This document shows positions 1-11,444 of a stretch of DNA of 64,000 nt, piece after piece. The notes under the pieces were generated by a model, which was not told where the DNA came from, did not search any database, and saw only the letters and a program-made list of their open reading frames with translations. Both the position numbers and the translations under genes were made by a program. The stretch's first letter is position 1. Each line of letters starts with the position of its first letter. This DNA comes from an uncultured delta proteobacterium (GTDB taxonomy: Bacteria > Desulfobacterota > Desulfobacteria > Desulfobacterales > SpSt-501). The DNA lies in NCBI GenBank assembly GCA_963716325.1, contig CAVQTH010000023.1:65155-129154 (forward strand). Direction: 5' to 3'.

Positions 1-606
1 GAAGTCATCGCCATGATCCAGGGCAAAGGCGCCTACAGCGTTTTGAAATACGAAAGCGGGATCCACCGGGTGCAGCGGGTGCCTGCCACCGAAACCCAGG
101 GTCGCATTCACACCTCGGCGGTCACGGTGGCCGTGCTGCCCGAGGCCGAAGAGGTGGACGTGGAGATCAACCCCAACGATCTGCGCATCGACGTCTATCG
201 ATCGGGGGGCCCGGGGGGCCAAAGCGTGAACACCACGGATTCGGCGGTGAGGGTCACGCACCTGCCGAGCGGCCTGGTGGTCATCTGCCAGGACGAGAAA
301 TCGCAGCTCAAGAACAAGAACAAGGCCCTCAAGGTGCTGCGCTCACGGCTGTTGGACATGAAGATCCAGGAGCAGGAGCAGAAGCGGGCCGAGGACCGCA
401 AGAGCCAGGTGGGGACGGGCGACCGCAGCGGCCGCATTCGCACCTATAATTTCCCGCAAAGCCGGGTGACCGACCATCGCATCGGCCTGACCCTCTACAA
501 GCTGGACAGCGTCCTGCAAGGGGCCATGCAGGAACTGATCGACGGGCTGACCACGCACTATCAAGCCCAGGCGCTGCAGAATGTCGAACCCACCGCCGGC
601 CGCTAA
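1..606 (+). CDS. prfA: peptide chain release factor 1, C-terminal part (5' end lies outside the window)
   Basis: Frame is open from base 1. Class-I release factor GGQ motif ([24 protein letters not shown]) and RF-1 C-terminal domain. Followed by prmC, as is usual. Confidence 0.95.
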   Translation, partial: EVIAMIQGKGAYSVLKYESGIHRVQRVPATETQGRIHTSAVTVAVLPEAEEVDVEINPNDLRIDVYRSGGPGGQSVNTTDSAVRVTHLPSGLVVICQDEKSQLKNKNKALKVLRSRLLDMKIQEQEQKRAEDRKSQVGTGDRSGRIRTYNFPQSRVTDHRIGLTLYKLDSVLQGAMQELIDGLTTHYQAQALQNVEPTAGR

Positions 607-1492
607 CCTTGAATGGACGGTCCTGAAAGTGTTGCAGTGGGCCGCCCCCTATCTGAAGGAGCGCGGCATCGACAGCCCGCGCGCGACCGCGGAGATCCTG
701 CTCGCGCATGCGCTGCATACCGAGCGGGTTCAGCTGTACATGCACCACGACCAGCCCCTGGAGAAGACGGAGCTCGCCGCGTTTAAGGAACTGCTGCGCC
801 GACGCCTGCGCCGGGAGCCCGTTGCCTACATCGTCGGTTGGAAGGGGTTCCGGACGCTCGAGCTTAAGGTTACCCCGGAGGTGCTCATCCCCCGGCCGGA
901 GACCGAGGGCCTGGTGGAAGCCGCCCTGGCCGCGCTCAGCGCCTTTCCGAACGGCCGCACGGCCCGGGTCCTCGATCTGGGGACCGGCTCAGGCGCCATC
1001 GTGCTCGCGCTCGCGGCCGAGGCGCCGGGGCATCGCTACTTCGCCTCCGACCTCTCGCCGGCGGCGATGGCCGTCGCCCGCCGCAACGCCGAGGCGGCGG
1101 GGGTCTCCGATCACGTGTTTTTCTGGGCAGCCGACTGGTTCTCGGCTCTGCAACCGGTGCGGGCCGTCTTCGACCTGGTCGTCTCGAACCCGCCCTATGT
1201 GGCGAGCGGGGCCATCGACGGGCTTCAGCCGGAGATCGCGTGCCACGAGCCGCGGTTGGCCCTGGACGGGGACGCGGACGGACTGCGGAGCTATCGCGTG
1301 ATCATCGCCGAAGCTCACCGCCACCTCGCACCTGGAGGGAGGCTGCTCCTGGAAATCGGGTGCGACCAGAGGCGGGCCGTGCAACAGCTGGTCGAGCCGT
1401 CCGGACACTACACGGGATTCGAATGCGTCAAGGACTACAGCGGCCGCGAGCGAGTGGTGTCCGTGCACAAAAAAGATGTTGCAACACCATAA
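581..1492 (+). CDS. prmC: release factor glutamine N5-methyltransferase (HemK/PrmC)
   Basis: AdoMet site [10 protein letters not shown] and catalytic NPPY (VSNPPYV). ATG at 581 overlaps the prfA end. Confidence 0.9.
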   Translation: MSNPPPAANLEWTVLKVLQWAAPYLKERGIDSPRATAEILLAHALHTERVQLYMHHDQPLEKTELAAFKELLRRRLRREPVAYIVGWKGFRTLELKVTPEVLIPRPETEGLVEAALAALSAFPNGRTARVLDLGTGSGAIVLALAAEAPGHRYFASDLSPAAMAVARRNAEAAGVSDHVFFWAADWFSALQPVRAVFDLVVSNPPYVASGAIDGLQPEIACHEPRLALDGDADGLRSYRVIIAEAHRHLAPGGRLLLEIGCDQRRAVQQLVEPSGHYTGFECVKDYSGRERVVSVHKKDVATP

Positions 1493-1642
1493 GATTATTG
1501 ATATCTAAATCTCTTTTAGAGAACCAAGGTTCATGACCCCATCACACACGTCGCCGGACGTGCCTCCCGGTGTCCCGACGTCGGGACTGGAGGCAGGAAT
1601 GACGGTGGCGGTGGAAAAAAACCGAACGGAAGGGAGATTAAA

Positions 1643-2544
<902 letters not shown>

Positions 2545-2545
<1 letters not shown>

Positions 2546-3141
2546 TGGCTGAGGTCAGTGCGAAGCTTGTGAAAGAGCTCCGGGACAAAACCGGGGCGGG
2601 TATGATGGATTGCAAGCAAGCCTTGGCGGCCTCCGACGGCGCCATGGACCAGGCGGTGGAGTTCCTGCGCAAGAAAGGGCTGGCCACGGCGCAGAAGCGT
2701 GCCGGCCGGGCCACGAGCGAAGGCACCATCGCCACCTACATCCACATGGGCGGCCGGCTGGGCGTGATGGTCGAGGTGAATTCCGAGACCGACTTCGTGG
2801 CCAAGAACGAGCAGTTCCAGGAGTTCGCGAAAAACATCGCCATGCACATCGCCGCGTCCAACCCGCTGGGCGTCCGACCCGAGGACGTGCCGCCCGAGGT
2901 GATCGCCAAGGAGCGGGAGATTTACGCCGCGCAGGCGAGGGAGACCGGTAAACCGGAGAAGGTCATCGAGAAGATCGTCGAGGGCAAGCTCAAGAAATTT
3001 TTCGAGGACAGCTGCCTTCTGAACCAGGCCTACGTCCGCAACCCCGACATCACGGTGGGGGATCTGCTGAACGACCTCATCGCCAAGATGGGCGAGAACA
3101 TCAGCGTTAAACGTTTTGTCCGCTTCCAGGTGGGGGAGTAA
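2545..3141 (+). CDS. tsf: translation elongation factor Ts
   Basis: EF-Ts N-terminal UBA-like motif [22 protein letters not shown] overlaps the rpsB TAA by 1 nt. Confidence 0.97.
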
Positions 3142-3147
3142 ACAGCC

Positions 3148-3864
3148 GTGTACAAGGCCCAGTACAAGCGGGTGGTCGTCAAGATCAGCGGCGAAGCCCT
3201 TATGGGCGACCAGGAGTTCGGCATCAGTTCGGACATGATCCGGTATGTGGCCGAGGAGATCCGCTCCATCGTGGAAATCGGCGTGCAGTGTGCGATCGTC
3301 GTGGGCGGCGGGAACATCTTCCGGGGCATCGCCGCCAGCTCCTACGGCATGGACCGCACCTCGGCGGACCACATGGGGATGCTCGCCACCGTGATCAACA
3401 GCCTGGCCCTGCAGGACGCGCTGGAGAAACAGGGGATTCAGACCCGAGTCCAGACCGCCGTCGGGATGCACCAGATGGCGGAGCCTTACATCCTGCGCCG
3501 GGCCATCCGGCACCTGGAGAAGGGTCGGGTGGTCATTTTCGCCGCCGGCACCGGCAATCCCTATTTCACGACCGACACGGCGGCCGTGCTGCGCGGCCAG
3601 GAGATTCATGCCGAAATCCTGCTCAAGGCCACCAAGGTTGACGGCCTCTACGATTCCGACCCGGTGAAGAACAAGGACGCCAAGCTGCTGAAACAGGTGA
3701 GCTACATGGAGGTGCTGGAACGGCAGCTCCGGGTGATGGATATGACGGCCATCTCGCTGGCCATGGACAACGATCTTCCGCTGGCCGTCTTCAAGCTCAA
3801 GACCAAGGGCAACATCCGCAAAGTGGTTTGCGGAGACGGCGTCGGAACCCGGATTAACACCTAA
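3148..3864 (+). CDS. pyrH: UMP kinase
   Basis: [12 protein letters not shown] and [10 protein letters not shown] amino-acid-kinase motifs. GTG start. Conserved tsf-pyrH-frr order. Confidence 0.96.
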   Translation: MYKAQYKRVVVKISGEALMGDQEFGISSDMIRYVAEEIRSIVEIGVQCAIVVGGGNIFRGIAASSYGMDRTSADHMGMLATVINSLALQDALEKQGIQTRVQTAVGMHQMAEPYILRRAIRHLEKGRVVIFAAGTGNPYFTTDTAAVLRGQEIHAEILLKATKVDGLYDSDPVKNKDAKLLKQVSYMEVLERQLRVMDMTAISLAMDNDLPLAVFKLKTKGNIRKVVCGDGVGTRINT

Positions 3865-3891
3865 GCGTCGCGGGAGGTTGAGGAGAGCACC

Positions 3892-4449
3892 ATGATCGAT
3901 TCCATTTACCAGGACAGCAAGGAAAACATGGTGAAGGTGATCGCCGCCCTGAAGAAGGACCTGAAGCGGGTTCGAACCGGGCGGGCATCCCTGTCGCTGC
4001 TGGACGGGGTCAAGGTCGATTACTACGGCACGCTGACCCCCGTCAGCCAGCTGGCCACCCTGGCCGTGCCCGAAAGCCGCTTGATCACCATTCAGCCATG
4101 GGACACCACCGTCATCAAGGAAATCGAAAAAGCGATCCTGAAATCCGATCTCGGGCTGACCCCGTCCAATGACGGCAAAATCGTGCGGATTGCCATCCCG
4201 CCCTTGACCGAACAACGTCGCAAGGAGCTCGTCAAGGTCGTCCACAAGATCTGCGAGGAGTACAAGGTGTCGGTCCGCAACCTCCGGCGCGATGCCAATG
4301 AAATGGTCAAAGAGCTGAAGAAAGACAGCCGGATTTCAGAGGACGACGCCTTCAAGTCCCAGGAGAAGATTCAAAAGATGACCGACGAGCACATCAAGCT
4401 CGTCGACGAGTGCTACAAAGAAAAAGAGAAAGAGATCCTTGAGTTCTAA
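3892..4449 (+). CDS. frr: ribosome recycling factor
   Basis: Typical RRF length (185 aa) and sequence ([33 protein letters not shown]). Confidence 0.97.
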   Translation: MIDSIYQDSKENMVKVIAALKKDLKRVRTGRASLSLLDGVKVDYYGTLTPVSQLATLAVPESRLITIQPWDTTVIKEIEKAILKSDLGLTPSNDGKIVRIAIPPLTEQRRKELVKVVHKICEEYKVSVRNLRRDANEMVKELKKDSRISEDDAFKSQEKIQKMTDEHIKLVDECYKEKEKEILEF

Positions 4450-5182
4450 CCCGCCTTCCGCCGGCTCCGATGCGGGCGCGGCGACCGGGCTCCCGGCCCA
4501 CGTGGCCATCATCATGGACGGCAACGGACGATGGGCGAGACAGCGGCTGCTGTCCCGCATCCAGGGGCACGAGAAGGGGGCGGAAGCGGTGCGGACGACG
4601 GTGCGCACCTGCCGTGAGCGGGGCATTCCCTTCCTGACCCTCTACGCCTTTTCCACCGAAAACTGGCAGCGCCCGAAAACCGAGGTAAACGCCCTGATGG
4701 GGCTCTTGCGTCGTTTCCTGGAATCCGAGCTGAGGGAACTGCTCAAGAACGGAATCCGGCTGCATGTCATCGGCCGCCGGGATCGCCTCCCGGAGAATGT
4801 CCAGAAGGCGCTGGCCGCCGCTGTCAACGACACCCGGCAGAACTCCACCCTCCAGCTCACCCTGGCCTTGAGCTATGGCGGGCGCGACGAAATCACACGG
4901 GCCGCCCAGTCGCTGGCCGTCGAGGTGCAGGCGGGCCGCATGCGACCGGCGGACATCACCGAGGAGCTGCTGTCCGCCCGCCTGGACACGGCCGGCACCC
5001 CCGATCCGGACCTGCTGATCCGCACGGGCGGCGACATGCGGGTCAGCAATTTTCTGCTCTGGCAGCTCGCCTACACGGAGATATTCGTCACCCCCACGCT
5101 CTGGCCGGATTTCACCCCTGAGTTGTTTCAGCAGATTCTGAAAGACTTCCAGAGCCGGGAGCGGCGGTTCGGACGCGTCTGA
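4439..5182 (+). CDS. uppS: ditrans,polycis-undecaprenyl-diphosphate synthase
   Basis: cis-prenyltransferase motif [13 protein letters not shown], plus SYGGRDEI and LLIRTGG. TTG start overlaps the frr end. Confidence 0.94.
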   Translation: MSSNPPSAGSDAGAATGLPAHVAIIMDGNGRWARQRLLSRIQGHEKGAEAVRTTVRTCRERGIPFLTLYAFSTENWQRPKTEVNALMGLLRRFLESELRELLKNGIRLHVIGRRDRLPENVQKALAAAVNDTRQNSTLQLTLALSYGGRDEITRAAQSLAVEVQAGRMRPADITEELLSARLDTAGTPDPDLLIRTGGDMRVSNFLLWQLAYTEIFVTPTLWPDFTPELFQQILKDFQSRERRFGRV

Positions 5183-5212
5183 ACCGCGGGCGCCCTAATA
5201 CGAAGGAATTCC

Positions 5213-6049
5213 ATGACAGCAGGAGCCAAGGGTCAAGCCCACCTCAAACGCTGGGTCACCGGTTTGGCCGCGCTGGCGGTGTTGATCGCCTGCGTGATCG
5301 CGGGAGGGGCGACCTTTTCGCTGCTGGCCGGCCTGGGCTGTTTCGCTTGCCAGTGGGAGTATGTCCGCCTCGTCCGACCGCCCGACACCCGACGTTTGAC
5401 GCAACCCCTGGTTCTGGCCGGTTACACCGCCGGTCTCGGCGTGATCCTCGCTGCGCATGCCGGCCGGGCGGATATCATCCTGGCCGTGCTGAGCCTCAAT
5501 GGGGTCGCCTGCGGGCTCTTGTCCCTGCAGCGGTTTCCATCCGATCGGACCGTGCTGGAGGCTGTCGCCCGACAGATTCAGGGGGTTTGCTACATCCCTT
5601 TGCCCCTGGCGCTCCTGATCCTGCTGCGGTCGGCTCCCGGCGGCACGGTCTGGATCTTTCTGTTGTGCGCCGTGATCTTCGCCGGCGACACCGCCGCGCT
5701 TTACGCCGGCACCCTCTGGGGCCGGCACAAGCTCTGCCCGGCCATCAGCCCGGGCAAGACCGTCGAGGGGTCGCTGGCCGGTCTGGCGGCCAATCTGGCG
5801 GTCGGCATGGCGGGAAAGGCCCTTTTTCTGCCGGAGGTCGGTTGGGCGGCCGCTCTGGCCTTTGCCGCAGCGGTGGGGCTGGCGGGACAGGTGGGGGACC
5901 TCTTCGAGTCCGAGTTGAAGCGGGCATCCAGCGTCAAGGATTCGGGGGGGCTCTTGCCCGGCCACGGCGGAGTTCTCGACCGCATCGATGCGCTGCTGTT
6001 TGCCGCTCCGGTGGCGTTCGTGTTCAGGATGGTTGTCGTCTGCGCTTGA
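5213..6049 (+). CDS. cdsA: phosphatidate cytidylyltransferase
   Basis: Multi-TM protein with the CDS signature ELKRASSVKDSGGLLPGHGGVLDRIDAL. Confidence 0.9.
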   Translation: MTAGAKGQAHLKRWVTGLAALAVLIACVIAGGATFSLLAGLGCFACQWEYVRLVRPPDTRRLTQPLVLAGYTAGLGVILAAHAGRADIILAVLSLNGVACGLLSLQRFPSDRTVLEAVARQIQGVCYIPLPLALLILLRSAPGGTVWIFLLCAVIFAGDTAALYAGTLWGRHKLCPAISPGKTVEGSLAGLAANLAVGMAGKALFLPEVGWAAALAFAAAVGLAGQVGDLFESELKRASSVKDSGGLLPGHGGVLDRIDALLFAAPVAFVFRMVVVCA

Positions 6050-6092
6050 ACGCTTTCGGCCTGGGGCGGGGGACGATTCGACGCTGAGGTTT

Positions 6093-7247
6093 ATGAAACG
6101 GCTTTCCATAGTGGGGTCCACCGGCTCCATCGGGCGCAATGCGCTCAGCATCGTCCGAATGTTTCCCGAACGCTTCAGCGTAAAGGCCCTGGCGGCCAAG
6201 CGCAACCTGACGCTTCTGTCAGAGCAGATCCGGGTCTTCCAACCGGAGGTCGCCGCCGTATTCGACGAGGCCGGCCGCCGGGAACTGAAAACGCTGCTGC
6301 CGGCCGACTGTCGCACCCGCATTTTGCAGGGCGAGGACGGGTATGCGGCGGCGGCGGCCTGGGAGTCGGCCGACCTGACGCTGACCGCGGTCGTCGGCGC
6401 CGCGGGCCTGCTGCCGACGCTTGCCGCGATCGACGCCGGAAAGACCATCGCTCTGGCCAACAAGGAAACCCTCGTCATGGCGGGCGCGGTGGTGACGCGG
6501 CGCGCGGCCGAGCGCGGGGTGTCCATCCTGCCGGTGGACAGCGAGCACAGCGCGATTTTCCAGTGCCTGAAGGGCCAGCGGCGGGAGGATGTCGACCGGA
6601 TCTTGCTGACCGCCTCCGGGGGCCCTTTTCTCAACCGGCCGGCCGGGGAATTTGCGGGCATCACGCCGGAGCAAGCCCTGCAGCACCCGAACTGGTCCAT
6701 GGGTGCGAAGATCACGATCGATTCCGCCACCCTGATGAACAAGGGTCTCGAGGTTCTCGAGGCCCAGTGGCTTTTCGGCGTTTCGCAGGAGAGGATTCGG
6801 GTCGTGGTGCACCCGCAGAGCGTCATTCATTCGATGGTCGCTTTCCGCGACGGCGCGGTGATCGCCCAACTGGGAATCCCCGACATGAAGGCCGCCATCG
6901 CCTACGCGCTGTCCTACCCCGAGCGGTTGGCCCTGGGGCAGCCGCTGCCCGATTTCTCGGGGGGCGCCGATCTGACGTTCAGGGAACCGGACCTCGAAAA
7001 ATTCCCGTGTCTCGCACTGGCCTTCGATGCCTGCCGGCAGGGGGGTACGCTGCCGGCCGTGCTCAATGCCGCCAACGAGGTGGCCGTCAACGCTTTTCTG
7101 GAGAAGCGGATCGGGTTCAACGACATACCGCGCATCGTCGGGCGGACGATGGCGGTCCACGCCGGCGTGGACGACCCTGCACTGGAAACCATCATCGCTG
7201 CCGATCTCTGGGCGCGTCAAAGCGCCGGCGAGTTGGTCGCGGGATGA
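6093..7247 (+). CDS. dxr: 1-deoxy-D-xylulose 5-phosphate reductoisomerase
   Basis: MKRLSIVGSTGSIGRNAL NADPH-binding N-terminus, LANKETLV, DSEHSAIFQC. The track ORF starts at 5988, but that start overlaps cdsA. The ATG at 6093 gives the canonical N-terminus. Confidence 0.95.
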   Translation: MKRLSIVGSTGSIGRNALSIVRMFPERFSVKALAAKRNLTLLSEQIRVFQPEVAAVFDEAGRRELKTLLPADCRTRILQGEDGYAAAAAWESADLTLTAVVGAAGLLPTLAAIDAGKTIALANKETLVMAGAVVTRRAAERGVSILPVDSEHSAIFQCLKGQRREDVDRILLTASGGPFLNRPAGEFAGITPEQALQHPNWSMGAKITIDSATLMNKGLEVLEAQWLFGVSQERIRVVVHPQSVIHSMVAFRDGAVIAQLGIPDMKAAIAYALSYPERLALGQPLPDFSGGADLTFREPDLEKFPCLALAFDACRQGGTLPAVLNAANEVAVNAFLEKRIGFNDIPRIVGRTMAVHAGVDDPALETIIAADLWARQSAGELVAG

Positions 7248-7269
7248 CAGCGTTTTTTCTCCGGAACCC

Positions 7270-7299
7270 TTGACCGCCCCATGGGTTGAGCCCTATAAA
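7270..7299 (+). promoter_or_regulatory. candidate sigma-70 promoter upstream of rseP (TTGACC-18-TATAAA)
   Basis: TTGACC at 7270-7275 and TATAAA at 7294-7299, in the 99-bp dxr-rseP gap. Confidence 0.35.
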
Positions 7300-7346
7300 A
7301 TCGTCAGGCGCCATCAAATCAATGAAAGGGTGGGTTCCCGAGCCTT

Positions 7347-8417
7347 ATGACCAACAGTCTGTTTGCGTTTCTAATTGTTCTCGGCATTCTTATTTTTTTC
7401 CACGAATTCGGCCATTTCCTCATCGCCCGGCTGTTCCGGGTCGGCGTCGAGAAATTTTCCCTCGGCTTCGGACCGCGGCTGCTCGGCAAGAAAGTCGGCA
7501 TCACCGACTACCGTCTGTCGCTGGTCCCGTTGGGGGGCTATGTGAAGATGGTGGGCGAGGAACCGGACGAAGACCTTGACCCCCACCTCATCCCCCTCTC
7601 CTTCACCCACAAGCACGTCCTGAAGCGGATTCTGATCGTTTTCGCGGGCCCGTTCTTCAACATCCTGCTGGCGGTATTGATTTTTTGGGTCATTTCCTTC
7701 GTGTCGGGGGTCATGATTCTCAAGTCCTCGATCGGCTCCGTCAAGGAGAACTCTCCGGCCCAGATCGCCGGGTTCAAGAAGGGGGACCTCGTGACCGCCG
7801 TCGACGGGGTTGCGGTCGACACCTGGGAAGCGATGGCCGAGCGCATCACCCACAGCGGCGGCAAGCCGCTCGAGATCACCGTGGAGCGCCCCGAAGGCAG
7901 CCTCGTTCTGCGGGCCATCCCCGAGCTGATCACGTCCAAGAATCTGCTGGGAGAAAACATCAAGCGTTACGTGATCGGGATCGGCACCGCCGGCGAGACC
8001 TATTCCAGAAAACTCGGCTTCTTCCAGGCGGCGGAGGAAAGCCTGCGGCAGACTTACGGCATCGTGGAGTTGATGGTGATGATCGTGACCAAGCTCATCA
8101 CCGGCGATATTTCCATCGACACCGTCGGCGGCCCGATCATGATCGCCCAGATGGCCGGCGATCAGGCCAAGGCCGGCGTCAGCAGCCTCTTTCAATTCAT
8201 TGCCGTCATCAGCGTCAACCTGGCGGTCATCAACTTGCTGCCGATTCCCGTTCTGGACGGCGGCCACCTGCTGTTCTTCGTGATCGAGGCCATTATCGGC
8301 CGTCCGGTGAATGTCAAAGTGCGGGAGATTTCGCAGCAGGTCGGAATGGTCATCCTCATCATGCTGATGATCCTCGTGTTTTACAACGACATCACGCGGC
8401 TGTTTTTCAGCTCATGA
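7347..8417 (+). CDS. rseP: RIP metalloprotease RseP (site-2 protease)
   Basis: HEFGHF zinc site at the N-terminus, a PDZ segment, and the NLLPIPVLDGGH motif. Multi-TM. Conserved position after dxr. Confidence 0.92.
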   Translation: MTNSLFAFLIVLGILIFFHEFGHFLIARLFRVGVEKFSLGFGPRLLGKKVGITDYRLSLVPLGGYVKMVGEEPDEDLDPHLIPLSFTHKHVLKRILIVFAGPFFNILLAVLIFWVISFVSGVMILKSSIGSVKENSPAQIAGFKKGDLVTAVDGVAVDTWEAMAERITHSGGKPLEITVERPEGSLVLRAIPELITSKNLLGENIKRYVIGIGTAGETYSRKLGFFQAAEESLRQTYGIVELMVMIVTKLITGDISIDTVGGPIMIAQMAGDQAKAGVSSLFQFIAVISVNLAVINLLPIPVLDGGHLLFFVIEAIIGRPVNVKVREISQQVGMVILIMLMILVFYNDITRLFFSS

Positions 8418-8431
8418 CGGAGAAGGACTCC

Positions 8432-11428
8432 ATGCCCTCACGACTGGAAATCACCCTCAAAGACCATTTGATCGACCCCGAAGGCGAAGGCATCCGCAAG
8501 AAAGCCAAGGCGTACTTCGGCATCGACGCGGCCCGGATTCGGGCGGTGAACGTTCTGACGGTCGATGCGGACCTCGGCGCGGGGCAACTGGACCGCATCC
8601 GGCATGAAATCTTCGCCAACCCGGTCACCCAGGTGTCTTCCTACCGGCCGTTGGTCCTCGACGGCGAGTGGATCATCTGGGTCGGGTTCCGGCCGGGGGT
8701 GCGGGACAACCCGGGTGCGACAGCGGTCGAGGCCATCGAGGATCTTCTCGGTTTACGGTTCAAGGCCGGCGAGGCGGTCTACACGTCCAAACGCTACTGC
8801 GTCAGCGGGAAGACCCTCAGCCGGACGGATGTCGAACGGATCGCCGGGGGGCTGCTCGCCAACGACATCATCCAGCAGTGGCGGGTCTGGTCTGCGCGGG
8901 AATGGGATCCTGCCGAGGGCATCGGCATCATCATCCCCAAGGTGCGGCTGGACCACAGCCCGACGGTGACCGTGGTCCCCATCGACAGCGACGCCACCCT
9001 CCAGCGCATTAGCGACGAGCGCAACCTGGCCTTGAACCCGAACGACATCCCCGTGATCCGGGCCTACTTCTCCGACCCCGGCGTCAGGGCGGCGCGCGCG
9101 GCCATGGGCCTGTCGGACCCGACGGATGTCGAGCTGGAGTACATCTCCCAGGCCCGCAGCGATCATTGCAACCACAACACGTTCCGCGGCTTGTTCCATT
9201 ACCGGGATTTGGACGAGGGGCGGAGCGAAACGGTCGACAACCTGTTCAAGACCTGCATCGAGGCGCCGACCCTGGAGCTGGCGGCGCAGAAACCCTGGGT
9301 CGTGTCGGTGTTGTGGGACAACGCCGGCGCCGGGCGCCTGGACGATGAGCATCATTACGTCATCACCGGCGAGACCCACAACTCGCCCTCCAACATGGAA
9401 GCCTACGGCGGGGCCATCACCGGCATCGTCGGCGTCTACCGTGACCCCCTGGGCACCGGAAAGGGATCCAAGCTCGTCATGGGCGGCTACGGGTTCTGCG
9501 TGGGGCCGCGGGACTACGCCGGGCCGTTGAAACCGCGGCTGCACCCTCGGCGGCTGCTGGACGGGGTCATCGAGGGCGTTCGGGACGGCGGCAACAAGAG
9601 CGGCATCCCCACGGCATTCGGCCAGGTGCTGTTTCACCCGGGGTACATGGGCAAGTGCCTGGTGTTCGTCACGGCGGTCGGCATCATGCCGGCCCGTGTC
9701 GGCGGCTTGCCGGCCGACCAGAAGAAAACCTCTCCGGGGGATCTGCTCATCATGTGCGGCGGCCGGGTCGGCAAGGACGGCATCCACGGCGTCACCGCCT
9801 CCTCGGAGGTTTTCTCCGAGCACACACCGGCCGGCCACGTTCAGATCGGCGACCCGTACACCCAGAAGAAAATGCACGACTTCCTGCTGGAGGCCCGCGA
9901 TGCCGGCCTCATCCAGTTCATCACCGACAACGGCGGCGGCGGGCTTTCCTCGTCGGTCGGAGAATCCGCGCGATATTCCAACGGCGCCGATGTGGCGCTG
10001 GAGAAGGTGCCTCTCAAATACGACGGCCTGGACCAGTGGGAGATCTGGATTTCCGAATCCCAGGAGCGCATGACGGTCGCGATCCGTCCGGAAGACGCCG
10101 AACGTTTCATGGCGCTCTCCCGCCGGCACGCGGTGGAGAGCACGGTGATCGGCCGCTACACCGACACCGGCCGGCTGCACATCACCTACAACGGGAAGAC
10201 CTGCGCCTACGTGGACATGGACCTGCTGGCCGCCGGTTTCCCCCAGTGGGAGTTCGAGGCCGAATGGGCATCCCCGCAGCGGCGGGGGTTGTTCGAGCCG
10301 GTCCTCAAGGCGCCGGCCGACATGAACCGGCTGCTGCTGGACCTGCTGGAGCGCCCCAACATCTGCTCCACCGAGTGGGTCATCCGGCAGTACGACCACG
10401 AGGTTCAGGGCACCAGCGTCATCAAGCCTCTGACCGGCGCCGAACGGGATGTGAACAGCGATGCCGCCGTGCTGCGACCGATCCTGGGATCGGAACGCGG
10501 GCTGGCCTTCGCCCAGGCGCTGCTGCCGGCTTATTCCGCCATCGACGCCTACCCGATGGTCGCCTGCAGCATCGACGAGGCCGTGCGCCGGGTGCTGGCC
10601 GTGGGCGGCGACGTCGAGCACATCGGCGGGGTGGACAATTTCTGCTGGCCGAACATCCAGTATGACCCGGAGAGCAACCCCGACGGCAAGTTCAAGGCCG
10701 CCCAACTGGTGCGCGCCTGCCGGGCGCTGCGGGACGTTTGCCTCGCCTACGGAATCCCGCTGCTGTCGGGCAAAGACAGCATGTACGTGGACGGGCATCT
10801 GGCGGGGCGTTACGGCGAAATGCACAAGGTGTCCGCACTGGAAACCATGCAGTTTGCGACGATCTCGCGGGTCCCCGACATCGACCGTTGCGTCACCATG
10901 GACAGCAAGCTGGCCGGCGACCTGGTTTACGTCACCGGCCTGACCCGCAACGAGCTCGGCGGCTCCGAATATTACGCCCATCTGGGGTACCTGGGCCTGA
11001 ACGTGCCGCAGGTGCGCAGCGCCGAGTTCATGCCGCTTTACCGGGCGCTCCACCGTGCGATCGCAGCGGGGTTGGCCGCTTCCGTCCACGGGGTCTACCG
11101 CGGGGGCCTGGGGGTCCACCTGGCCATGGTGGCCATGGGCGGCGGCCTGGGCATGCGCGTAGATGCCGGCAGGGTCCCCGTCGAGGGGGTTCATCGCAAC
11201 GATACCCTGCTGTTTTCAGAGTCGGCCGGCCGCTTCATCGTCACCGTCGACCCTCGCCGGCGCAGCGAGTTTGAATCCGCTTTCAAAGGCCTGGCCTGCG
11301 CCTGTATCGGCACGGTCACGGCGGAGCCGCTGCTAAGGGTGGATGGGCTGCACGGCGAGGCGCTGGTATCCGTCGCCGTTTCCGATCTGAAGGCATCGTG
11401 GCAGAAACCCTTCGGGCATCTAGTTTGA
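8432..11428 (+). CDS. purL: phosphoribosylformylglycinamidine synthase, PurS-like N-terminal domains fused to PurL
   Basis: N-terminus RLEITLKDHLIDPEGEG is PurS-like. The PurL core follows (ARSDHCNHNTF, GETHNSPS, ITDNGGGGLSS). The track ORF from 7685 is an out-of-frame overlap of rseP. The real start is ATG 8432 (GGAGAAGGA RBS) or ATG 8414 (ATGA overlap with the rseP stop). Confidence 0.88.
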   Translation: MPSRLEITLKDHLIDPEGEGIRKKAKAYFGIDAARIRAVNVLTVDADLGAGQLDRIRHEIFANPVTQVSSYRPLVLDGEWIIWVGFRPGVRDNPGATAVEAIEDLLGLRFKAGEAVYTSKRYCVSGKTLSRTDVERIAGGLLANDIIQQWRVWSAREWDPAEGIGIIIPKVRLDHSPTVTVVPIDSDATLQRISDERNLALNPNDIPVIRAYFSDPGVRAARAAMGLSDPTDVELEYISQARSDHCNHNTFRGLFHYRDLDEGRSETVDNLFKTCIEAPTLELAAQKPWVVSVLWDNAGAGRLDDEHHYVITGETHNSPSNMEAYGGAITGIVGVYRDPLGTGKGSKLVMGGYGFCVGPRDYAGPLKPRLHPRRLLDGVIEGVRDGGNKSGIPTAFGQVLFHPGYMGKCLVFVTAVGIMPARVGGLPADQKKTSPGDLLIMCGGRVGKDGIHGVTASSEVFSEHTPAGHVQIGDPYTQKKMHDFLLEARDAGLIQFITDNGGGGLSSSVGESARYSNGADVALEKVPLKYDGLDQWEIWISESQERMTVAIRPEDAERFMALSRRHAVESTVIGRYTDTGRLHITYNGKTCAYVDMDLLAAGFPQWEFEAEWASPQRRGLFEPVLKAPADMNRLLLDLLERPNICSTEWVIRQYDHEVQGTSVIKPLTGAERDVNSDAAVLRPILGSERGLAFAQALLPAYSAIDAYPMVACSIDEAVRRVLAVGGDVEHIGGVDNFCWPNIQYDPESNPDGKFKAAQLVRACRALRDVCLAYGIPLLSGKDSMYVDGHLAGRYGEMHKVSALETMQFATISRVPDIDRCVTMDSKLAGDLVYVTGLTRNELGGSEYYAHLGYLGLNVPQVRSAEFMPLYRALHRAIAAGLAASVHGVYRGGLGVHLAMVAMGGGLGMRVDAGRVPVEGVHRNDTLLFSESAGRFIVTVDPRRRSEFESAFKGLACACIGTVTAEPLLRVDGLHGEALVSVAVSDLKASWQKPFGHLV

Positions 11429-11444
11429 TATCGGAGGTGATGGA

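Noticed and set aside
5195-6826. 543-aa minus-strand ORF over cdsA/dxr, plus several overlapping plus-strand alternative-frame ORFs
   Set aside because: Antisense or out of frame to cdsA and dxr, which have clear signatures. Composition is Arg/Ser/Pro/Ala-rich.
7685-8413. N-terminal 243 codons of the 1247-aa track ORF
   Set aside because: This stretch overlaps rseP out of frame and is Arg/Gly/His-rich. The PurS-like N-terminus begins at 8414/8432.
8753-11194. 813-aa minus-strand ORF inside purL
   Set aside because: Antisense to the well-supported PurL coding frame, with no recognisable domains.
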